A program made the translations under genes and the position numbers. Positions 1 through 7,600 of a DNA stretch of 27,493 nucleotides are shown piece after piece. The stretch is from IMG/VR virus record IMGVR_UViG_3300032220_000965, positions 1 to 27,493 of that record; one strand, written 5' to 3'. Positions within the stretch are counted from its first letter, which is position 1. Each line of letters begins with the position of its first letter. The DNA is from a virus (lineage: Duplodnaviria; Caudoviricetes). The notes below the pieces were generated by a model, which was given only the letters and a program-made list of their open reading frames with translations, had not been told where the DNA came from and did no database searches.

Positions 1-930
1 ACAGACAATATTTAGAGCAGACATACCACCATTACCTCCAATAAATGATTTAACACATATAGTACCTAAAACACCTATATATACACTTTCATATACAACA
101 TCATTACAGTCTATATAACTAACTACTAAAGTACTTCCTGAGTAATTAATATATCCATAACAAACAGCTTCTGGAGGAGTAGGACTTGGTGTAATTGTAG
201 GTGTTAGACTAGGGGTTGTACTAATTGTAGGTGTTAGACTAGGGGTTGTACTAATTGTAGGTGTTACAGATATGCTTGGTGTAATACTAATGGTAGGAAT
301 TATGCTTGTAGTAATACTTGGAGTCACACTAATTGTAGGTGTTGCACTAATTGTAGGTGTAACAGATATAGTTGGAGTCACTGATGGAGTAACTGTTGGA
401 GTAACTGTAGGAGTAACACTTATTGAAGGTGTTGTTGTTGGAGAAGAATATGGTGTTCTTGATGGAGATGGAGTTGGAGTAAAATAAGGTTTTTCAATCC
501 ATTGAGTATCAAACTTCACTAAGAAAGTCATATCTGTATTAGCAGATATTGGTGTTGGAGCAGCCATTTTAGCTACTGCTAATAATTCTTGAGCATCATT
601 ATATAAACCAATAGTACTAACATATGGCGAAAATGATGATGTTCCATCAGATGATATTATAGAACCAGTGACAAAATCCTTTAATATTCCAAAATATTTA
701 GATTCTGTTATTTCATAAAATGTCTCACTACCTGTCACCGCGCTACTTCCTGATCCACTTTTATAAGTAAATGGGTAAAGTGTTGCTTGAGAACCTGATA
801 ATAGAGTTGGATTATAACTTAGATTAAATTCATAGTCCTTTATAGTACACTTAATAAAATTCTCATAAACAACGTGGTTGTTTTTGAATTTTACTTCTGT
901 AAGGTTTATATCTAAGTTTCTTGTGCTCAT
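1..930 (-). CDS. Partial CDS (runs off the left edge; absent from the ORF track): C-terminal half of a tail-collar/baseplate-like protein + Thr/Pro stalk + Cys-containing tip
   Basis: ATG at 930, open to position 1: MSTRNLDINLTEVKFKNNHVVYENFIKCTIKDYEFNLSYNPT...YVSTIGLYNDAQELLAVAKMAAPTP...FLVKFD, then TP repeats, then EAVCYGYINYSG...IDCND...ICVKS. EFNLSYNPT and IGLYNxxxxLLAVAK match the C-terminus of the 2891-3967 protein. Confidence 0.85.
   Translation of the reverse strand, partial: MSTRNLDINLTEVKFKNNHVVYENFIKCTIKDYEFNLSYNPTLLSGSQATLYPFTYKSGSGSSAVTGSETFYEITESKYFGILKDFVTGSIISSDGTSSFSPYVSTIGLYNDAQELLAVAKMAAPTPISANTDMTFLVKFDTQWIEKPYFTPTPSPSRTPYSSPTTTPSISVTPTVTPTVTPSVTPTISVTPTISATPTISVTPSITTSIIPTISITPSISVTPTISTTPSLTPTISTTPSLTPTITPSPTPPEAVCYGYINYSGSTLVVSYIDCNDVVYESVYIGVLGTICVKSFIGGNGGMSALNIVC
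172..480 (-). repeat. Coding Thr/Pro-rich repeat (TPTISV / TPSI / TPTV units), ~103 aa
   Basis: Translation shows 4- and 6-residue units; includes an exact 30-nt tandem repeat (taattgtaggtgttagactaggggttgtac x2.5) at 192-266. Confidence 0.95.
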
Positions 931-939
931 TTTAAATTA

Positions 940-1584
940 TTAACATATTATATTACATAATGAAGTACAATTTTTAGTACCTGAACCACTTATATTAGTT
1001 ATTAATGATACAGTTTGTGATATTTGATTTGCAATAGTGAATATATAACAGTTGTTATAGTCAAAATAATACTTACCTGCTTCAATAGATATTGGTGTTG
1101 CGTTTGCAATATTAATAGTTTCTACAAAAGTACAATATCCACCTATACATTCATATCTATCAGCACTATAGTAATAATAAACAGGTATACTTGCTGGTAT
1201 ACTAGGTGTAATACTTGGAGTTTTACTTATAGTAGGAGTAATACTTGGAGTTTTACTTATAGTAGGAGTAATACTAATTGTAGGTGTTATACTTGGTGTT
1301 AAACTAATAGTTGGTGTTATTGTTGGCGTTACACTTATACTTGGAGTTACACTTATACTAGGTGTTACTGTAGGTGTTACTGTAGGAGTAATACTTGGTG
1401 TTACACTTATTGTTGGTGTGACACTAGGACTAACTGATGGTAAAGGACAATATGTTAGGTCTAAAACAGGAGCAATATAGTCAGGATCACTAACACTATT
1501 TGTTTTAGTGGTACCTGTAGCGACACCACTATCTACATAGTATTGTTCTAGGTCTGTATATGCTTTAAATCCTGTATTACTCAT
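940..1584 (-). CDS. Putative virion appendage protein: 47-aa N-terminal module + Thr/Pro stalk + Cys/Tyr-rich tip
   Basis: 214 aa; N-terminal NTGFKAYTDLEQYY...PDYIAPVLDLTYCP, TP repeats, C-terminal ~80 aa with 6 Cys; sits in the structural block with an upstream ATATTTATA motif. Confidence 0.75.
   Translation of the reverse strand: MSNTGFKAYTDLEQYYVDSGVATGTTKTNSVSDPDYIAPVLDLTYCPLPSVSPSVTPTISVTPSITPTVTPTVTPSISVTPSISVTPTITPTISLTPSITPTISITPTISKTPSITPTISKTPSITPSIPASIPVYYYYSADRYECIGGYCTFVETINIANATPISIEAGKYYFDYNNCYIFTIANQISQTVSLITNISGSGTKNCTSLCNIIC
1183..1440 (-). repeat. Coding Thr/Pro-rich repeat, ~86 aa
   Basis: PSVSPSVTPTISVTPSITPTV...; exact 30-nt tandem repeat (gtaatacttggagttttacttatagtagga x2.3) at 1208-1275. 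Confidence 0.95.
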
Positions 1585-1588
1585 CTAA

Positions 1589-1597
1589 TATAAATAT
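1589..1597 (-). promoter_or_regulatory. ATATTTATA motif, candidate late promoter
   Basis: Identical 9-mer found in six intergenic gaps; here 4 nt upstream of the ATG at 1584. Confidence 0.6.
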
Positions 1598-1602
1598 TTT
1601 TA

Positions 1603-2880
1603 TTAATAGCTTCTTAAATTTATTTCAACACTATCACCTTGTGCTATAGTAAAGCTAGTTGGGAATCCATAAATACCATCTCCAGTAACTGCAACGTAAC
1701 TAATTAAAATATTATTAATATATACATTTAGATATAATCCACTAGCTCCAGATACAGTTATAGATATTGTTCCATTATACACTCCATGAGTACCAATAGC
1801 TGTTTGTCCTCCTGCTAATGGAATACCTCCTGAAGTTAATACAAAGAAAGCAGGATCAATACTGTCTATTGATGCTCCAAAGCCGCCGTAATTATAAATT
1901 GCTATAGGACCATCAGTAGGTGTTGATGTAGAAGGTGTTATAGTTGGTGTTAAACTAATTGTAGGTGTGATACTAGGTGTAATACTGATTGTTGGAGTAA
2001 CACTTATTGTAGGTGTCACAGATATTGTTGGTGTTACACTGATTGTTGGAGTAATACTTATAGTTGGGGTAATACTTGGAGTTACACTAATTGTTGGTGT
2101 GATACTAGGTGTTACACTAATAGTTGGAGTTACTGATGGAGTAACTGTTGGTGTTACTGTTACACTAATTGTTGGTGTTACTGTTATTGATGGTGTTACA
2201 CTAGGAGAAGGAGATGCTTGAACACAATATGGATTTATACCTCTCCATGCCTTAGCTCTTACACTATTAGGAATAACAGTTATTATAGCTACATTTTGTT
2301 CGTAAAATACATTACCAACTTGTGAACCATAAGTTAACGTAGTTCCTATAGATGAAACTACACTACTTCCACTATAAAGTAAATTATAATTTCCATCATC
2401 ATATAATTTAAATGATGTTGAACCTGTTGTGAAATAAGCTTCAAATGTAGTAGGTAATATTTTATCACTAGTTAAATTTCTAGGTATGTTTAAAACATAA
2501 ATAGAAGCATTAGCGCCAGTTGGAAAATATTTTATTGTATCTGCGTTACCTAATTCAACGTGTCCTCTAAAATAAGAAGATGTTGTTAATGTACCATCAT
2601 TAAGTAAAGTATTTTGTCTAGAGGATGTATCAACATATCTAGGTAAAAAATTAGGATAATAAATCATATTGATAGAGTCGTAAACTAATCTATCATATTG
2701 GCCATTAGTAATGTATTCTGAAACTGGATCGAATATTGATCCACTATAATTAGTCCCTATGTTAACATTTATTTTATTAGCGGTAAAAGACCCTGAGGTG
2801 ATATCCCAGCTTTTATTCGCTGTATATGGTACTACAAAAGTATCAGATACATTAAGTCTTTTATACACATTTGCTGACAT
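1603..2880 (-). CDS. N-terminal half of a tail-collar/baseplate-like protein + Thr/Pro stalk + beta-rich tip domain
   Basis: 425 aa; VLNIPRNLTSDKILPTTF...LYDDG...VGNVFYEQNVAIIT parallels VISVARSRFKESFNPGSF...LVDDS...YGIMIPDEGLIILN in the 358-aa neighbour; then WRGINPYCVQ, TP repeats and a ~100-aa Gly/Ile/Tyr-rich tip. Confidence 0.8.
   Translation of the reverse strand: MSANVYKRLNVSDTFVVPYTANKSWDITSGSFTANKINVNIGTNYSGSIFDPVSEYITNGQYDRLVYDSINMIYYPNFLPRYVDTSSRQNTLLNDGTLTTSSYFRGHVELGNADTIKYFPTGANASIYVLNIPRNLTSDKILPTTFEAYFTTGSTSFKLYDDGNYNLLYSGSSVVSSIGTTLTYGSQVGNVFYEQNVAIITVIPNSVRAKAWRGINPYCVQASPSPSVTPSITVTPTISVTVTPTVTPSVTPTISVTPSITPTISVTPSITPTISITPTISVTPTISVTPTISVTPTISITPSITPTISLTPTITPSTSTPTDGPIAIYNYGGFGASIDSIDPAFFVLTSGGIPLAGGQTAIGTHGVYNGTISITVSGASGLYLNVYINNILISYVAVTGDGIYGFPTSFTIAQGDSVEINLRSY
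1915..2217 (-). repeat. Coding Thr/Pro-rich repeat, ~101 aa
   Basis: ASPSPSVTPSITVTPTISV...TPTISVTPTISVTPTISITPSI...; degenerate 12/18-nt units in the DNA. Confidence 0.95.
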
Positions 2881-2890
2881 GGGCGTAACA

Positions 2891-3967
2891 TTAGAAGTCT
2901 AATTTAACTCTTAATAATAATTCTTTAGTAAAGTCTTTCACTAATGGTTTATTTAATTTAGCTACAGCTAATAAATCACCAGTATTATTATATAAACCTA
3001 CAGTTGTAATAAATGTTTGAGGATTATATACTAATTGAGTATAAAGTAAGTTACCGTTTGAATCAATTACTGTTGGGTTAGTTGTATAGTTAAATTCACT
3101 GTTTTTAACACGAGTGAAGAAATAACGTGATGATATTGTTTCGTAGCTTTGTAAACTAAATGTTGGAGCAGTTGGTGTTGTTGCAATCATATTATAAACC
3201 ATTCTGTTATTAAGGTTATAAGATGAAATTGCAGAGAAGAATGTTGCTGCTTGTGATGAACTAAATTCATTAAATACAGCGCCTACTCCACCTAATGCAC
3301 CAGTTGGTAAAGATAATGCTCTTGGGTTTAATATAATTAATCCTTCATCAGGAATCATGATACCATAAGATCCACTAGGTGTGTAGTTAGAGGAAGATGG
3401 GGTAGCTAATCCTGTACCAATACTATAAGAACCACTCAATAATTGATAAACACGAGATGTACCAACATAAGTAGAAGTTGTTGTAACTGTAGAGTCATCT
3501 ACTAAACCAATTTGGTTAGAACCACTCTTCAATGTTAAAAAGAAAGAACCTGGGTTGAATGATTCTTTAAAACGAGATCTAGCTACAGATATAACAACAA
3601 TATCTTTTGATGGATTTGATGTTGTACCAAAAGTAAATGATGAATTTTCATCACCGTATATTAATGATCTAAATTGACCATAAACATCTCTAGTTGGAGT
3701 TTTATCAGGTACTAAAGCATTAAAATAAGCTGAACCTGAACCACTGATATGACCATAAGATATTGAGAATTGATTCTCAGCAGATTGAGTAGCGGCAGCA
3801 TCTACAGCATATACATTAAGGAAAAATTTGCCTTGACTTGTTGCTTGTTCTTGGTTTGACCAACTATAAAAAGTATTTAACTGAGTTAAATTATTACTCC
3901 ACATAGGAGCTACTATAGCATCAGAGCTAAGTACTTGGTCATCGTTTGCGTATGTTCCGAAAGACAT
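2891..3967 (-). CDS. Baseplate/tail-collar-like structural protein
   Basis: 358 aa; C-terminal ITTVGLYNNTGDLLAVAKL...RVKLDF resembles the 'GLYxxxGxLIAV' strand motif of tail-collar fibre and baseplate wedge proteins; structural context. Confidence 0.65.
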   Translation of the reverse strand: MSFGTYANDDQVLSSDAIVAPMWSNNLTQLNTFYSWSNQEQATSQGKFFLNVYAVDAAATQSAENQFSISYGHISGSGSAYFNALVPDKTPTRDVYGQFRSLIYGDENSSFTFGTTSNPSKDIVVISVARSRFKESFNPGSFFLTLKSGSNQIGLVDDSTVTTTSTYVGTSRVYQLLSGSYSIGTGLATPSSSNYTPSGSYGIMIPDEGLIILNPRALSLPTGALGGVGAVFNEFSSSQAATFFSAISSYNLNNRMVYNMIATTPTAPTFSLQSYETISSRYFFTRVKNSEFNYTTNPTVIDSNGNLLYTQLVYNPQTFITTVGLYNNTGDLLAVAKLNKPLVKDFTKELLLRVKLDF

Positions 3968-3974
3968 ATTTTAA

Positions 3975-4643
3975 TTAGGTTTTAATTAATGTTAAAGGTA
4001 TAGTAAATCTAGCTCCACTATCTCTACCCATTGCTGTTATTGTAGTTGAAATTGAAGCACCAGCAACTGCACTTGTTGGAAATAAAGTGTTAATTGTTGT
4101 TGCAATTAAACTAAATGAAGTACCAACTTGAGTAGCTGATAAACTAGCGCCACTTGCATTTGGTGTTGGAGCAGTGATGTTTAATCCTGTTGTGTCAATA
4201 CCAGTACCAGTGAATGTACTTAAGAATCTTGAGTCTCCCACAGTTAATAAATAGCCTGATGGTTCAAATGTTGAAACAGCACCTAAGTAGTTTAATGTTT
4301 GAGGAGTAATATTGATAGATGCAGCTTGACGTAATGATACAGCTGTATACCCTAGATTTAACACAGGTAATTTACTTGTACCACGATTAAGTGTAACTAA
4401 CTTATACTTCATGATTTGTGTCTCATCTACAAATGCTTCTAATAAAGGCATAGCCTCAATTGCTTCTCCGAAGAAAGCAGATCCTGATGGATGGGTTGGG
4501 TTGTAAAGAGTATAATCAATTTCATCATCAGCTAATGCGAATTGAGTTATTTGAAAAGACCCGTCATTACGAGCTAACAATTCACGGCCTTTCTTTGTTA
4601 GGACCGCGTCAATTGTTACATATTGGTTATTTAAATACGCCAT
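3975..4643 (-). CDS. Structural protein with tail-collar-fibre-like N-terminus
   Basis: 222 aa; DAVLTKKGRELLA...FQITQFALADDEIDY resembles the 'LTxxGxxxLA...ITxxAxGD' start of tail-collar fibre proteins; Ser/Thr-rich beta-type C-terminus. Confidence 0.6.
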   Translation of the reverse strand: MAYLNNQYVTIDAVLTKKGRELLARNDGSFQITQFALADDEIDYTLYNPTHPSGSAFFGEAIEAMPLLEAFVDETQIMKYKLVTLNRGTSKLPVLNLGYTAVSLRQAASINITPQTLNYLGAVSTFEPSGYLLTVGDSRFLSTFTGTGIDTTGLNITAPTPNASGASLSATQVGTSFSLIATTINTLFPTSAVAGASISTTITAMGRDSGARFTIPLTLIKT

Positions 4644-4660
4644 TTGTTAATGTTGTTTTA

Positions 4661-4669
4661 TATAAATAT
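4661..4669 (-). promoter_or_regulatory. ATATTTATA motif, candidate late promoter
   Basis: In the 27-nt gap, 17 nt upstream of the ATG at 4643. Confidence 0.6.
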
Positions 4670-4670
4670 A

Positions 4671-7600
4671 TTATTGTTTCAGAACTGTACTAAATATCTT
4701 ACTCTTCAATTCATTTACTATATTTCCTACATTCTTATCAATGTCAGGACGTAAATCAATATTTTTAACAATACCCGCTGAGGTTTGTCCTAATGATTTT
4801 TGATGATTAATAACTATATTTGTCTCATCTGTTATTTTTCTTGAAAATACATATCTATCAATTTTATAAGGAGTGCCGCTAGCTGTTACTTCGTTTTGTA
4901 CTTCTCTATCTAGTTTAAATGCTATAACAGATCCAGTAGTATATGATTCAAGAATTGTATATTCATTTTCAGGTCTAAATTTAGTTGTTGGGGTTGAACC
5001 AAGTTGTTCTTTATCAAAACGAACAAGATCGCCTGGGGTTAACTTGAAAGCATAGTCAAGAGGAGAAAATGAGTTATATAGTTTTAATGTAGGATCTACA
5101 TTAACATTTCCTGTTAAAATACTAGCAGACATATAAAGTCCATCTTTATAGTATGTAGACATCATTGCTGAGCATGACACTATACGTTTATCAGAAGAAT
5201 TTACAGTTAATTGAGGTGCTCCATCTGTATCATAATATACAACTCCTGGATCAATACCTTGAGTTGGTCGTACTCTTATTACTTCTCCATTCAAAACCAC
5301 TGTCCAACCTCTATCATATCTAAAATGTCCTGAATAATTTGGAGTACCATCTGGTTTTTTAGCTGGTATTAATACTGGTAATATTACATGTGAGCCTCCA
5401 AGTCCAAAGTCAAGATAAACTTCAGCAGTAACATCAAAAGGTATATATCCTACTGGAGGAGCGCCTGATGGATAGTAATTAACATCACCTTCAATGCTTA
5501 TATCAACACCACCCCAACCTATAAGAGTACGAATTTTATAATTAATAATTTGATAGTTAGTAGGTTGTAAATAAGCTGCTGTAGAACTACCTGATGGTAA
5601 TGCATATATTTGTCCAAAACTTCCACTATTTACTTTCCACAATGTAGGATAGTATTTAATACCACTAGCGAATATAAATTGATTACCATCTAATGATTTT
5701 TGATGGGATGGAGATTGGTTATCAAATAATGATATATTTGCTGTTTCTCCTGGTTTGAAAATACTTTGAACTTGATATAAGTCATAATATTGACTATCAG
5801 TTACAGTTTCATAATTACGTTGGAATAATTCAGTTAATGAACCACTTTCTTCAATTAAGTATTTTAAATATAAATTAGTACGTTCAGGAGCACCTATTAA
5901 TTGAGAACCTGTAGCTACAGCTTCTGAAAAATAACCAAAGAAAACTGAGTTGTCATTAATAGTGGCGTTTTTACCTAATGGTCCTAATATACCAAAACTA
6001 TAATCAGTAGTAGTATTATAAAAATTATAATTAGCACTTGTTGTTCTAGAACCAAAATATCTTGGTCTATTATGACGAGTGTAATTATATGTGAAATCTT
6101 GAATAGCATATGGTTCAAGTACTTGAACTAATTTACTTCCACTAGTAATATAAGTTATTTTTTGTCTTACAGTTGATATATAAGAAGAAGTACTAACATT
6201 ATTAAATAATGGATTATATGAATAATTCCAAACTGAACTTGAAAATGAACTTGTATTATTTGGATTAAAACTATTATATGGATTATAAGATCCTGATAGG
6301 AAAGGAGCATGGATATCAATAGAGGCACTTGGTAACTCACCAGTGAAGAAATCTCTTGCATCTGATGTTACAGTTACTTCACCGAAATTACCTTTATATG
6401 TTATTGGATATAATGATTGACTATAATTACCACCATTACTAGCACTTATAAATGCTGTGTCAATTGAAGCAGTTATATCAAATGAAGTAAATGTAGGTTC
6501 ACTTCTGTATATAACAGGTCTTTCAAGTAAATGTGGTTTAATAACAATACCTGTAGATAAATTAGTTCTAGCTGGTGTAAAGTCTTTAAGTGTTCTAAAT
6601 AATGAATTGTGGAAAAATTCGATTAAACGAATGTAGTCTTTGTAATTATATTTATTAATAAATTTCTTAAAGAACTCGTTTTGAATTGGTTGTAATTCAT
6701 AATATGATCCGGTAGCAGGATTACCAATAATATCATCTATACTATAAGATGAACCGAATGCTGCTATAATAGCTCTATCTATCTCGTCTTGAGGAGACAA
6801 ACTTGCATCTAATAAATGTATATCTTTAGTTATAGGAATTAGATCTGGTGTTTGGATGCTCTTATTAGGCATTAATTGAGTACCGTATGTACTTCCACTT
6901 ATAATTCTAATTTTATCAGTTACTGGATTTGCATATCCTGAGTTTGCAACATCAGCATAATATGTTTCAGTAAATGAAGTGTAATTATTTTTATTTGGAA
7001 AACTAGCAAATGAAGCAGTAAATGCTTGACTCTTTTGGTCAGGAGCTACTGAAGCAACACTTGAAGTTAAAGTATGATTGTATGTATATAAGTTATTTCC
7101 TAATGGCCATCTAGCAACTAAATCTGAGAATGATGAAGTGTAAGTGTTACCCTCAATTGATTCAGGATTTAATACATGTGAGTTAAATACATCTTCATTT
7201 AATTTATAAGACCATAATCTTACTTCTTGAATTGAACCGCTAAATGGAAAAGAACCACTTCCTAAATTTATAGAACCTGTTGTGTACCATAATGAGTTAG
7301 AAGCAGCTGTTGTAGTTGTTAAACTAGCACTTGCTACGTGTCCTACAGCTCCCCAAACATTATTTTTTACATAAACATCATATGTTTGAGAAGTACTTGT
7401 TTGTCCTAATCTTAAGTTAGGAGTACGTCTTTGAACTAGTACATTATACCAACTAGTATCACCATCTGAACCTGTTGTGAATACAGGTATTGTGGAAGAA
7501 GTAACTACTGTTGTACCTAGTTTAAATTGGAAATAACCAAAATTACCTACAGTATTAGTGTAAATAGAGTTACTAGAACCTGTATTAGTATATAATAAAT

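Noticed and set aside
192-1275. 30-nt exact repeats as a CRISPR array
   Set aside because: They are head-to-tail without spacers, in-frame within coding repeats, and no cas genes are present.
931-1605. Stop-codon read-through or recoding joining the three same-frame ORFs
   Set aside because: Junctions have tandem TAA TAA (plus TAG in one), TAA is the dominant stop throughout, and long genes are intact under the standard code.
272-2221. Plus-strand ORFs 272-487, 1024-1302 and 1967-2221 (two are GV/IL-rich, membrane-looking)
   Set aside because: They are antisense shadows of the minus-strand Thr/Pro repeat tracts.
1-2880. Diversity-generating retroelement or invertase shufflon acting on the tips
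   Set aside because: No reverse transcriptase, recombinase, TR/VR pair or inverted crossover sites are visible in this window; the tips are unrelated in sequence.
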